Source of the DNA: a virus
Lineage: Duplodnaviria; Caudoviricetes
Length of the DNA stretch: 53,920 nucleotides
IMG/VR virus record: IMGVR_UViG_3300017998_000013
Span: 1-53,920 of that record
Reading direction: 5' to 3' (one strand)
Translations under genes and position numbers: made by a program
Notes under the pieces: model-generated
Told to the model about the DNA's origin: nothing
The model's database searches: none
What the model saw: only the letters and a program-made list of their open reading frames with translations
Part shown: positions 1 to 8,722 of the stretch, one piece after another
Layout of the letters: the number at the start of each line of letters is the position of its first letter
How positions within the stretch are numbered: position 1 is the first letter of the stretch

Positions 1-465
1 CGCAGACCTCCGGGGCGCAGACCTCCGGGGCGCAGACCTCCGGGGCGCAGACCTCCGGGGCGCAGACCTCCGGGGCGCAGACCTCCGGGACGCAGACCTC
101 CAGGGCGCATACCTCCGGGGCGCAGACCTCCAGGACGCATACCTCCAGGGCGCAGACCTCCAGGGCGCATACCTCCGGGGCGCAGACCTCCAGGACGCAT
201 ACCTCCAGGGCGCATACCTCCAGGGCGCAGACCTCCAGGGCGCAGACCTCCGGGGCGCAGACCTCCGGGGCGCAGACCTCCGGGGCGCATACCTCCAGGG
301 CGCAGACCTCCGGGGCGCAGACCTCCGGGGCGCAGACCTCCGGGGCGCAGACCTCCGGGACGCAGACCTCCAGGGCGCAGACCTCCGGGGCGCAGACCTC
401 CAGGGCGCATACCTCCGGGGCGCAGACCTCCGGGACGCAGACCTCCAGGGCGCATACCTCCAGGG
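1..465 (+). repeat. 15-bp tandem repeat (about 31 units) encoding pentapeptide repeats
   Basis: Unit cgca(g/t)acctcc(g/a)gg(g/a) is repeated head to tail with no spacers. Confidence 0.95.
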
Positions 466-715
466 CCTGAAAATATCAAAGGCTGTTGTCTTCACCGGCC
501 TTTATAAATACATTGTAATGCTGGTAATTGCAGAGGATGGCACAGAATACATCCGCATGGGTTGCTATCTCCGCAAAGTTACCGAGTGGGAATCTGATTT
601 CTGGAATAACCCTGGCGAATTCCCCAATGATGGCGATATGCCTAGCAAATTACGCTGGATGGCATATCAGACCGCGCTGGCATGGCTGGAACTGAACAGG
701 GAGCAAAAGGAGTAG
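2..715 (+). CDS. Pentapeptide-repeat protein (5' partial)
   Basis: Frame 2 is open from base 2 to TAG at 715. It reads (A-D/Y-L-R/Q-G/D)n, then GLKISKAVVFTGLYKY..IRMGC..W. The listed ORF 518..715 is only its C-terminal domain. Confidence 0.9.
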   Translation, partial: ADLRGADLRGADLRGADLRGADLRGADLRDADLQGAYLRGADLQDAYLQGADLQGAYLRGADLQDAYLQGAYLQGADLQGADLRGADLRGADLRGAYLQGADLRGADLRGADLRGADLRDADLQGADLRGADLQGAYLRGADLRDADLQGAYLQGLKISKAVVFTGLYKYIVMLVIAEDGTEYIRMGCYLRKVTEWESDFWNNPGEFPNDGDMPSKLRWMAYQTALAWLELNREQKE

Positions 716-739
716 ACCAATAAAGGGAGGGAGGATATC

Positions 740-2040
740 ATGACGGAAGAAGGAAGCAACAACGCTTTAGTTGTCACTACTACGGTCCCCGGCTTCATGA
801 CCTGTGCGGAGATAGTTTCAAAGCTCAGGATAAAGTACCACGGCAAGACCTACGATGTGACCACGCCGGCAGGGATGAAGGAAGCTATCGACGCAAGGGC
901 GGAACTGAGAGCTATCCGGATTACCTTGGACAAGGAAAAGCCAAAGGTGAAGGAAGATGCCCGCAATTCCTTGATTCAGTCGAGAAGGAGTACAAGGCTA
1001 TTCGGGGCGCGATTATCGAGTACGAGGACATTCCGGACGCTGCTATCCATGCGGAAGAAGAGAGGAAAGAGGCCGCAAAGGAGGCCGAGCGCAAGAGGGA
1101 AGAGGACCGCCGCGCCCTCATCCTTGACAACGTAAACCGGATATCCGCCATTCCTTCAACGGCGGTGGGGCTGGACTCCAAAGGGCTGCAGGACCTGATA
1201 GAGAAAACGGTGTCCCTGCCGATTACCGGCCCTGACTTCCAGGAGTTCCTTTCCAAAGCCATATCAGTCCGTGACGACGCACTCCGGCAGTTAAGGGAGA
1301 TGCTCTTGAAGGTGGCCGAGCAGGAGAGGATTGCATCAGAGCAGGCCGCTGAACAGGAGAGGGTACGCATCGAACAGGAAGAGATTGCCGCCAGGCTCAA
1401 GGAAGCTCAAGAGAAGATGGACGCCGAGAAAGCCGAGAGAGAAAAGGAAGAGGCGATCCGGCGGGCAGAAGAGAAGAAGCGCCTTGACGAAGAGGCCGCC
1501 AGGATCAAAGCCGAGCGGGAGAAGTTCGAGGCTGAGCAGGAAGAGATCCGCCATCGTGTCGCGGCAGAGCAGGCCGAGCGCGACCGGGTTCAACAAGAGG
1601 CCGCCGATAAACTCCGCCAGGAGCGGGAAGCGTTTGAGGCTCAACAGGCAGAGGCCGCCAGGGTCATCCAAGAGGCTCAACGTCTTGAGGATGAGCGCCG
1701 AGCGGCAGAGCAGGAAGCAGCCGAAGCTAAAGCCGCCGAAGAGGGGAGGATTGCGGCAGAAAAAGCCGCTGCCGAGAAAGCCGAAGCAGACCGGCTCGAG
1801 CAGGAGAAGAGGGACGCCGAGGCCGCCGCCCTCCGTGCCGAGTTCGAGGAAAAGGTAAAGGATATCAACTACGCCATGGGGTACATTTTCGAGCTCTGCA
1901 AAACTCCGAAGCTGGACCCTTACGAGACCATCAACGAAATCGGCAAAATAGCCGGTAAATTCATTCAGGAGGATACCAATGAAATTCACAAATCTGGCAA
2001 ACCTGCCGCAAAGCGTGTTCAATCTGCTGGCAAAAAATAG
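740..2040 (+). pseudogene. Phage coiled-coil protein (DUF1351-like neighbourhood) split by a 1-nt frameshift near 965
   Basis: The 740 frame reads ...LDKEKPKVKEDAR. The -1 frame from 964 reads (Q)FLDSVEKEYKAIRGAIIEYED... and is continuous with the E/A/K-rich ORF 1165..2040. A strong SD (gggagg) precedes 740. Could be a sequencing error. Confidence 0.7.
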
Positions 2041-2860
2041 GTACAGTGGCGCGGATGTAGACCACGACTATTCTGCCACCACCCTTTTAAAGCCGCCCCG
2101 TATGGTCATGCTGGAACGCCGCCACGCCGACGATCTGGAAGAGGACGTGCTTGACCGCCTGTGGTCTATGTTTGGGAGCGTGGCGCACCATCTCCTTGAA
2201 GAGCAGTCACCAGAAAACGAAATGGCCGAGACGCGCCTTTTTGCCGAAGTGGGGGGGCGCAAGATTTCCGGCCAGTTCGACGGGTATCATCCCGCAGAAG
2301 AGCGCCTTGACGATTACAAAGTGACTTCCGTCTGGACAATCGTATACGACTCCCGGTCTGAAGAGTGGGCGCAACAGCTTAACATCCTTGCCTATCTCTT
2401 GAGGACGAACGGCTACGGGATAAAGAATCTCCGCATCGTCGTTATCCTGCGCGACTGGTCGAAAAGCAAATCTCTCCAGGGGGGAGACTACCCCAACGCG
2501 CCGATCAAGATCATCGAAGTGCCATTATGGGAAAAAGGTGATCAGGAGTTTTTTATCCTGCAGCGTGTCGGCGCCATGGGATTCAACGAGGGGCTTTCCG
2601 ATGAGGACCTTGTCCCTTGTACGCCGGAAGAGATGTGGGAAAAGCCCACTGTGTTCGCGGTGATGAAAGACGGGCGGAAGTCCGCAGTTAAATTGTTCGA
2701 TGACTACACCGCCGCAGGGGATTTCTGCGCGGCGTCCGGTAAGGGACATTCGGTTGTTACCCGCCCAGGGAAGAGGACCCGATGTGAAGAATATTGCGCT
2801 GTCAACAAGTTCTGCAATATTTTCCAGGAGTATTCCAAGACCATAGCGCCGGAGGAATGA
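1979..2860 (+). CDS. PD-(D/E)XK (Cas4/RecB-like) exonuclease
   Basis: Motifs SATTLLKPPR, G...H, E.RL, ISGQFD, DYKVT and QLNILAY, plus C-terminal cysteines (RCEEYC..NKFC). Lies next to an annealase gene. Confidence 0.8.
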   Translation: MKFTNLANLPQSVFNLLAKNRYSGADVDHDYSATTLLKPPRMVMLERRHADDLEEDVLDRLWSMFGSVAHHLLEEQSPENEMAETRLFAEVGGRKISGQFDGYHPAEERLDDYKVTSVWTIVYDSRSEEWAQQLNILAYLLRTNGYGIKNLRIVVILRDWSKSKSLQGGDYPNAPIKIIEVPLWEKGDQEFFILQRVGAMGFNEGLSDEDLVPCTPEEMWEKPTVFAVMKDGRKSAVKLFDDYTAAGDFCAASGKGHSVVTRPGKRTRCEEYCAVNKFCNIFQEYSKTIAPEE

Positions 2861-2861
2861 T

Positions 2862-3767
2862 ATGGACAACATGGGACTCTGGAACAAAGTCAGCAAGCCG
2901 CCCTTAACCGCCCTGAAGCAGATCAAGGGAGGCCGTACCTCTGGCATGACTGATATCTCCCCCCAATGGAGATACCTGATCATGACGGAGACCTACGGCC
3001 CTTGCGGGATAGGGTGGAAGTTCACCGTTGATAAGAAATGGCGGGAGGAAGGGAGCGAAGCGCAGATTATGTGCTTTGCAGATATCACCCTCTACGTCAA
3101 GACTGAGAATGGATGGAGCGAAGGTATCCCCGGCAGCGGCGGGTCGATGCTAGTCGAAAAGGAAAGCAAGGGGATGCATACCTCTGATGAAGGATACAAG
3201 ATGGCCGTTACGGATGCGCTTTCCGTTGCCATGAAGATGCTCGGGGTCGCCGCTGAAATCTACCTCGGGAACTTTGACGGATCCAAGTACAGGACCGGCA
3301 ACCCGCCGGCAGAATCCCACACGAAAGACCCGTCACCGGTCGGCACCCTTACCGCCGTCCAGACTTCCATCCTGAGAGAGCTGGGGGAATACTGCAAGGG
3401 TGACGAATCAGAGATGGACATGCTTCTCAAGGACCTGACAAAGTTGGAGAAAAACGGCACATGGGTATTCCTGAAACTGGACCAGGTAAGAAATCCCCAG
3501 TACAACACCGAATCATGGGCCAAGGCTTTCGGGGTAGCTCTCGGGAAGCTCCGCGCTAAGGTCAAGGCAGAATCCGGCGCCGCTCCTAACCCTTTAATCG
3601 CCCGGATAGACGCCGCCCTCACTACCATGCACGGAGACGATGAGGCCGCTAAATTGGCTACGGTAGAAGGTATGACCGGGAAAAAAGAATGGCGAGACAT
3701 GGAAGATAAGAATCTTGAGGTGTTTGCAACCCTTTTGGAAGTGAGGATAAAAGATAATCCATCTTGA
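2862..3767 (+). CDS. Rad52/Sak-like single-strand annealing protein
   Basis: Motifs MTDISPQWR, TYGPCGIGW, G.GG, DEGYKMAVTDALS.A...LGVAAEIYLG are typical of phage Rad52-family SSAPs. Confidence 0.75.
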   Translation: MDNMGLWNKVSKPPLTALKQIKGGRTSGMTDISPQWRYLIMTETYGPCGIGWKFTVDKKWREEGSEAQIMCFADITLYVKTENGWSEGIPGSGGSMLVEKESKGMHTSDEGYKMAVTDALSVAMKMLGVAAEIYLGNFDGSKYRTGNPPAESHTKDPSPVGTLTAVQTSILRELGEYCKGDESEMDMLLKDLTKLEKNGTWVFLKLDQVRNPQYNTESWAKAFGVALGKLRAKVKAESGAAPNPLIARIDAALTTMHGDDEAAKLATVEGMTGKKEWRDMEDKNLEVFATLLEVRIKDNPS

Positions 3768-3776
3768 AATCTTCGC

Positions 3777-3805
3777 TTGACATCGTCAAAGAACGGTGAT
3801 ATTTT
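3777..3805 (+). promoter_or_regulatory. Sigma70-type promoter for the replication operon
   Basis: TTGACA (3777-3782), 17 bp spacer, TATTTT (3800-3805), with an extended -10 TG. Confidence 0.6.
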
Positions 3806-3830
3806 TCTTAAAACTGAATACGATTCGATG

Positions 3831-3908
3831 TGTCGGGGCGGACATTAAGAATTTACCTTTTCACTGAGTCAATGCGGGAGCGCCCCCTCCCCATTGACCT
3901 TTTGTTTT
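3831..3908 (+). promoter_or_regulatory. Structured leader: two hairpins with complementary loops, the second followed by a U-tract (attenuator-like)
   Basis: Hairpin 1 is TGTC-[GGGGCG]-GACA. Hairpin 2 is GTCAATG-C-GGGAG-[CGCCCC]-CTCCC-CATTGAC, followed by CTTTTGTTTT. Confidence 0.6.
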
Positions 3909-3921
3909 CCTAGGGGGCAAC

Positions 3922-4095
3922 ATGCAAGGCAATCTCACCGCTCCAATCCTTATCAAGCTCACCCAAGAAGATTCTGACTACCTCACTATGTTTTCCATCC
4001 AAGCCGATTGCACTCCGGGACAACTTGCTCGCTATGTGATCCGTAAGTTCATCCATGAAAAATTAAAAGAGGCTCCAGCACAACAAGGAGCCTGA
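3922..4095 (+). CDS. Small ribbon-helix-helix (CopG/Arc-like) DNA-binding protein, 57 aa
   Basis: MQGNLTAPILIKLTQEDSDYLTMFSIQADCTPGQLARYVIRKFIHEK has a beta-alpha-alpha pattern. SD-like AGGGGG upstream. Below the ORF-track length cutoff. Confidence 0.55.
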   Translation: MQGNLTAPILIKLTQEDSDYLTMFSIQADCTPGQLARYVIRKFIHEKLKEAPAQQGA

Positions 4096-4097
4096 TA

Positions 4098-4778
4098 ATG
4101 AAAGATGGCAACTGGATTCCTTTGGATAAGATGCTAATCAAGTATCTCCCAAAAGACCGATCTTATACGGTTTTAGAAGCATACTTTTCTCTTAGGTATG
4201 ATGTGGAAGAAGGCAAGAATTACACAATAAACGGATATGCCCAACTCTGGGGATGGGACAGGAAAAAGGTGAGGACTTTCGTGGATGGAATGATGTCAGG
4301 GAAGGCTGTGAGACTGGGACACTTAAAGGACACTAAAGGCCCCGGTAAAGGGGCACTTATTCCCCATGACATCAGGTTTATTTTCAATAACTTAGGAGCG
4401 CAGAAGGACACAATCTCCCCACAATCTCCCCACAATCTCCCCACAATCTCCCCCACTACTATAAATCCTAATAAGAATATAAAACCTAAACCTTCAATTT
4501 ATTCTGCCGATTTTGAAACTTTTTGGCAAGAATACCCAAGAGGCGACGGTAAAGGGAAAGCATGGGAGTCATGGCAAAAGATCAAGCCGCCAGTTGTAGC
4601 CGTACTATCAGCATTGACTTGGCAAAAGGTGAGTGACCAATGGACCAAAGAGAACGGGCAGTTTATTCCTCACGCAGCAACATATCTCAACCAGAGAAGA
4701 TGGGAGGACAAACCGTCAGGGCCAAGAATTCTGACGGAAAAGGAGAAGTACGATCAGCAAGTGCAGGCAGCACTATAA
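4098..4778 (+). CDS. Phage replication initiator (lambda O-like organisation)
   Basis: N-terminal GNWIPL..wHTH (LWGWDRKKVRTF), central iteron repeat, and C-terminal FETFWQEYPR..GK.KA..W and FIPHAATYLNQRRWED motifs. Confidence 0.8.
   Translation: MKDGNWIPLDKMLIKYLPKDRSYTVLEAYFSLRYDVEEGKNYTINGYAQLWGWDRKKVRTFVDGMMSGKAVRLGHLKDTKGPGKGALIPHDIRFIFNNLGAQKDTISPQSPHNLPTISPTTINPNKNIKPKPSIYSADFETFWQEYPRGDGKGKAWESWQKIKPPVVAVLSALTWQKVSDQWTKENGQFIPHAATYLNQRRWEDKPSGPRILTEKEKYDQQVQAAL
4409..4452 (+). repeat. Four perfect 11-bp iterons (CACAATCTCCC); probable replication origin
   Basis: Four exact direct repeats inside the initiator gene, followed by an AT-rich stretch. Weaker GGACACT repeats lie at ~4318-4360. 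Confidence 0.75.
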
Positions 4779-5620
4779 ACGGTATTTACCGTGTTTCGGA
4801 TATTCAAGAAGAGTTACATCAGATAAGATTGCAGGGGCTGGACACCGGCGTTGCTACGGGGTGGAATAACCTGGATGATCTTTACAAGGTGAAAAAGGGA
4901 ATGATGACGATAATAACAGGGATACCACAATCAGGGAAAAGCGAGTTTTTAGACGCCCTTCTTGTAAATTTGGCCGAACTGCAAGGATGGAAGTTCGCCG
5001 TATTTTCTCCTGAAAACTATCCTATTTCTTTGCATGTTATTAAATTAGCTGAGAAACATATAGGCAAACAATTCATGAACAGGCTTTTCCCTACCCTCGC
5101 CATGAACCTTATGCAGACTGAAACTGCTATCAATTTTGTCGGAAATCATTTCACATGGATGTACCCGGATTACACTGAAAAGATTAACCTTGACCTCATT
5201 TTAGCCAAGACTTCGATAATATTGGAACAATACGGGATAGATGGTTTGATAATTGATCCTTGGAACGAATTAGAACATGACCGGAACGGGAAGTCTGAAA
5301 CCGATTACATAAGCGAATGTTTAACAAAATTACGGAGATTCACCCGCGAGCACAATATCAAAACTTGGCTGGTTGCTCACCCCCAAAAGATGATTAAAAA
5401 CAAGGATGGCAAGTATGACGTTCCCACTCCTTACGATATTTCAGGATCGGCCCACTGGCGCAACAAGGCGGATTTTTGTATATGTGTCCACCGTGAAAAC
5501 CTAACGGTCGATGAAGTAGATGTGTATGTTCAAAAAGTAAAATTTAAGCATTTGGGAAAGATTGGCAAGGCTCACTTTGAATATGACTGGAAAAGTGGAA
5601 GGTTCATAGACTCTATATAA
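4775..5620 (+). CDS. DnaB/Twinkle-like (SF4) replicative helicase
   Basis: Walker A TGIPQSGKS, FSPEN, Walker B IIDPWN, LVAHP.K, YDISGSAHW.NKAD, K.KF..GK.G. The ORF is open from 4640, but the helicase-like sequence begins at ATA 4775; start uncertain. Confidence 0.85.
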   Translation: MNGIYRVSDIQEELHQIRLQGLDTGVATGWNNLDDLYKVKKGMMTIITGIPQSGKSEFLDALLVNLAELQGWKFAVFSPENYPISLHVIKLAEKHIGKQFMNRLFPTLAMNLMQTETAINFVGNHFTWMYPDYTEKINLDLILAKTSIILEQYGIDGLIIDPWNELEHDRNGKSETDYISECLTKLRRFTREHNIKTWLVAHPQKMIKNKDGKYDVPTPYDISGSAHWRNKADFCICVHRENLTVDEVDVYVQKVKFKHLGKIGKAHFEYDWKSGRFIDSI

Positions 5621-5636
5621 TAGGAAAGGAGGCATT

Positions 5637-6017
5637 ATGTCCGACAGATTAACAAAGGATAAAACGGAATATGAAAGATTGATTGCTTTCCGAAGTGCTG
5701 CAATAGCTGATGGATGGGAGAACCGGCCACACGGCCAATTATTTAAAGAAGGGTATCTTATGGATATCCATGCAGAAGAAAGCGACGACTGGTTTTTGTC
5801 CGGGGCAGAAATCTATATATGGGGACCTGACGGATTGGCTCTAAAAAATTATCCGAAAGAATACGACTGGGAAGCCATCAAACAAAGGGCACGCGAGTGC
5901 CATTTCTGCGGCACCGATACAGGCCACATGCAGAGGGTATGCTTTGCTAACAAATCCTGTGACAAATGCTACCCTGCGGCGATAAAACGACTTGAAGTCC
6001 CTGGATGGGATGATTAA
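5637..6017 (+). CDS. Hypothetical protein with C-terminal CxxC...CxxC
   Basis: SD GGAGG; WGPDGLA and CHFC...CDKC motifs. Confidence 0.65.
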   Translation: MSDRLTKDKTEYERLIAFRSAAIADGWENRPHGQLFKEGYLMDIHAEESDDWFLSGAEIYIWGPDGLALKNYPKEYDWEAIKQRARECHFCGTDTGHMQRVCFANKSCDKCYPAAIKRLEVPGWDD

Positions 6018-6230
6018 ATGGTAAAGATAACGACCATCCGAGCGCTTGCGCTTACCATCCCATTCCATCACGACTTTATTGATCGGTGGGGAGATGTGCC
6101 TTTTAAATCAAGTGATTGGCAGATTGATAGGGGGAAATTAGTGTTAGACTTGGCAAAGGTAAGGGAAGGATACGCCAAAGAATTTGCTAGAAAGTCGATA
6201 GCTTACCACGAATCAAAAGAGAAACATTGA
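6018..6230 (+). CDS. Hypothetical protein
   Basis: Abuts both neighbouring genes in the operon. Confidence 0.5.
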   Translation: MVKITTIRALALTIPFHHDFIDRWGDVPFKSSDWQIDRGKLVLDLAKVREGYAKEFARKSIAYHESKEKH

Positions 6231-6751
6231 TGACCATCTTCGACCTGTGGATAAGGCGGATAAACTACCTCCCCCAGAGATTGAGGGACATTGAGAAAAA
6301 GGCTCTTGAGATGGATGTGAAGATCAGCCAGGCAGTCGGGGCAAGAAGAAACTTTCTACATAAGGAATTGGCCCTATTCAAGCACGCCCCCGTAGATCAC
6401 CTGACAAGAGCCATAATCTGCTGGCCGATGCAGAGGATGATTGAGAAGGAATTGAACCAGTTGAGGAAAGACCTGCTTTTCAGAGAGCATCCGCCAAAGG
6501 GGCAAATTACCCCCGAGATGATCGAACGTGCCTCACAGTTCCCTATCCATAAGCTTATCGAATTTGACGCCAGGGGGATGGCGTTGTGCTTCAATCATGA
6601 GGAAAAGACGGGGAGCCTGCACCTCAACAAGAAGACAAACACCTGCCATTGCTTCGGCCAGTGCGGCGAGACATGGAACCCCCTGCACGTTTTGAAACTA
6701 AGGGATAATTTATCTTTCCCAGATGCCGTGAGGAAACTATGCGTAAAGTGA
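6227..6751 (+). CDS. Protein with C-terminal CHC2 (primase-type) zinc finger
   Basis: LCFNHEEKTGSL...CHCFGQCG...LSFPDAV; no TOPRIM domain. Confidence 0.8.
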   Translation: MMTIFDLWIRRINYLPQRLRDIEKKALEMDVKISQAVGARRNFLHKELALFKHAPVDHLTRAIICWPMQRMIEKELNQLRKDLLFREHPPKGQITPEMIERASQFPIHKLIEFDARGMALCFNHEEKTGSLHLNKKTNTCHCFGQCGETWNPLHVLKLRDNLSFPDAVRKLCVK

Positions 6752-7128
6752 TCTGCTCGACAACGGGCGAAGTGTTCACCAGTTATGTGGAATATCTGAG
6801 GTCGGAACATTGGAATATTATCAAGACAATGTACCGAGATTCGCCTCTTTGTAAAAACGAATGTTATGTGTGCAAGGCTACTGCCAGCTATTTCACTCAG
6901 ATGGATATCCATCATCGTTCATATCTCAATATCGGCAATGAATCACCTTCTGACCTTGTCGAATTGTGTCACCCTTGCCATGAGAAAGTCCATATTATCG
7001 CCAAAGATAAAACAATCAAGATGGCAGATATTTGTTTTGCTGTTGAATATTTGAAGCATAAATGGAAGTCGGAGAATAAGAAAAAGTCAAAAAGCAGTAA
7101 ACCTGTAAAGTTATTACGGGTCGTTTAA
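6739..7128 (+). CDS. HNH endonuclease
   Basis: YLRSEHW, CYVC, IHHRSY.NIGNE...DLVELCHPCHEKVH. Confidence 0.8.
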   Translation: MRKVICSTTGEVFTSYVEYLRSEHWNIIKTMYRDSPLCKNECYVCKATASYFTQMDIHHRSYLNIGNESPSDLVELCHPCHEKVHIIAKDKTIKMADICFAVEYLKHKWKSENKKKSKSSKPVKLLRVV

Positions 7129-7148
7129 AATTGCGCAGTGAGGAAATC

Positions 7149-7535
7149 ATGCCAGAGGTAAAGACATTCTTTAAAGAGCCTCCCCGGTGGGACAGCAAAC
7201 AGTATCGGGACTGGGTGTCTACCTTCCCAAGCTGCTTTTCAAAAGGATGGTTCTTACCTTCCAACCGGGGGAGCCTCGGGCTTTCCGATCCCCACCATGA
7301 AGCAGAGCCTGGCGAAAAGGGGATGAGCACAAAGCCGGGTGATGAGCATTGCGTGCCACTGGACAGGCGCACCCACTCCGTGATGGAGTCACCGGGACAT
7401 AGCAGGGATGAAATATGGAAGGAACATGAGCAAGGGCCACATTTCGTCAAGGAACTTCTTTGGGAACTCTGGAAACGGGAAACAGGGGAGTATCCAGGGG
7501 AAGCAGAGAAATGGATTTTATTGTGGAGAACATAA
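7149..7535 (+). CDS. DUF968/NinG-like HNH-fold protein
   Basis: RWDSKQYRDWV, DPHH, GMSTKPGD..CVPL...H. Some zinc-binding cysteines are degenerate. Confidence 0.55.
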   Translation: MPEVKTFFKEPPRWDSKQYRDWVSTFPSCFSKGWFLPSNRGSLGLSDPHHEAEPGEKGMSTKPGDEHCVPLDRRTHSVMESPGHSRDEIWKEHEQGPHFVKELLWELWKRETGEYPGEAEKWILLWRT

Positions 7536-7580
7536 CCCCCTGACGCGGTGAGGGGAGTAAACTGAAAGGAGAACGGGAAA

Positions 7581-7688
7581 ATGGAAGAGAAAGCTAATGT
7601 TGAACAGTGGGCTGTTGTTGAATTGTTCGGACATCAGAAGGTGGCCGGGCTGTTGACCGAAGCAACTATCGGCGGGTGCTCATTTTGA
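7581..7688 (+). pseudogene. Truncated phage gene fragment (W.VVELFGH family)
   Basis: Good SD (AAGGAG). MEEKANVEQWAVVELFGHQKVAGLLTEATIGGCSF stops after 35 codons; I recall this family as longer. Confidence 0.45.
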
Positions 7689-7725
7689 TTGAAACTTTCA
7701 ATGGGGAATATGCGAGAGGATCGGA

Positions 7726-7917
7726 ATGCAGCACTACGAGAAAAATGTAGTTTCTGTCTCTGTATTTTGCCCGACCTGCAACAAATTAACTCAGCACAAG
7801 GTTACAAATCGGCGGGTGAGCGATTGCATGGAACATGAATCTAGCGGGATGAGCAAAGCGCAAATGAAGCGCCAGGAAGATCAGAAAAGCAAAGAATCAC
7901 AGCCAGAGCTTTTTTAA
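7726..7917 (+). CDS. Hypothetical small Cys/His protein
   Basis: SD GAGGA; CPTC...H...C..H. Confidence 0.55.
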   Translation: MQHYEKNVVSVSVFCPTCNKLTQHKVTNRRVSDCMEHESSGMSKAQMKRQEDQKSKESQPELF

Positions 7918-7947
7918 CCTTTAACCAACGCGCCAAGGGGAGGGGAG

Positions 7948-8154
7948 ATGCTGCAAAAGAAGAGGCATAGTTTAGCGGAGAGCGTGATTAATGTGGCAAT
8001 CGGCTATTTTGTGGCCCTTGCCAGTCAGATTGTCGTCTTTCCTCTTTTCAATATTCATGTGCGGTTTCGCGATAACATCATGATCGGGCTGTACTTTACA
8101 GCGATTAGCATAGTGAGAAGTTATTTAATCAGGCGATGGTGGACTACCCACTGA
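7948..8154 (+). CDS. Small two-TM phage protein of the 'SL.ES..N..IG' family, often near methylase/helicase genes
   Basis: QKKRHSLAESVINVAIGY...FTAISIVRSYLIRR; strong SD. Confidence 0.75.
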   Translation: MLQKKRHSLAESVINVAIGYFVALASQIVVFPLFNIHVRFRDNIMIGLYFTAISIVRSYLIRRWWTTH

Positions 8155-8165
8155 GAAATAAAATC

Positions 8166-8193
8166 TTGACATATAGCTTGACTGTGGTATTGT
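8166..8193 (+). promoter_or_regulatory. Sigma70-like promoter preceding an HNH gene
   Basis: TTGACA, 16 bp spacer, TATTGT, with TG extension. Confidence 0.45.
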
Positions 8194-8227
8194 GTATTTA
8201 GCAATTCATTAAAGCGAGGTAAACACA

Positions 8228-8722
8228 ATGCCCCCTAGGAAAGATAGGATAAACTCAATATGCGCTATATGTGGTAAAGCGTTTGGAGTATTGGAAAGCG
8301 AAGCCAAAAACGGGAGAGGAAAATATTGTTCAAAAGAGTGTCTCGGCAAATCAAAGAGACATGGTTCAATATTGTACTGTGATTTATGCGATTCACCATT
8401 TTACCGCCGCTTTGGAGAACAAGACGTAGGGGTTGCAAAAAATCAATTTTGCTCCCGTGATTGTTATTATGATTGGCGGCAAAAAGACATGAAAGATTCG
8501 ACCTATTTGAAGTTCAAAGGTCGGCATATCCACAGAATGATTGCAGAAGAATATTTAAAGCGTGAATTGTCACCAGATGAGATAGTCCACCATAAAGACC
8601 TCAATAAAAAGAATAACGACCCCTGCAATTTAGCGGTTTTCCCGAACCAGTCCTTCCACGCACGTTGCCATTTTGGAGAAATGACCGATGACGAACTTAA
8701 AACATTCTCACTTATACAATAG
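8228..8722 (+). CDS. HNH homing endonuclease with two zinc-finger (CxxC...YCSxxC) repeats
   Basis: HRMIAE..L.R.L...EIVHHKD.NKKNN...NL...H...H. Confidence 0.85.
   Translation: MPPRKDRINSICAICGKAFGVLESEAKNGRGKYCSKECLGKSKRHGSILYCDLCDSPFYRRFGEQDVGVAKNQFCSRDCYYDWRQKDMKDSTYLKFKGRHIHRMIAEEYLKRELSPDEIVHHKDLNKKNNDPCNLAVFPNQSFHARCHFGEMTDDELKTFSLIQ

Noticed and set aside
1-465. CRISPR array
   Set aside because: Contiguous 15-bp units without unique spacers; in-frame coding repeat.
930-970. Programmed -1 frameshift
   Set aside because: No canonical X-XXY-YYZ heptamer at the junction, and a 1-nt deletion gives a more natural helical sequence.
1331-2022. Overlapping ORFs 1331..1858 (+) and 1336..2022 (-)
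   Set aside because: Off-frame and antisense shadows of an E/A/K-rich coiled-coil gene.
1979-2860. Cas4 as part of a CRISPR-Cas system
   Set aside because: No other cas genes or array; the context next to an SSAP indicates a recombination exonuclease.
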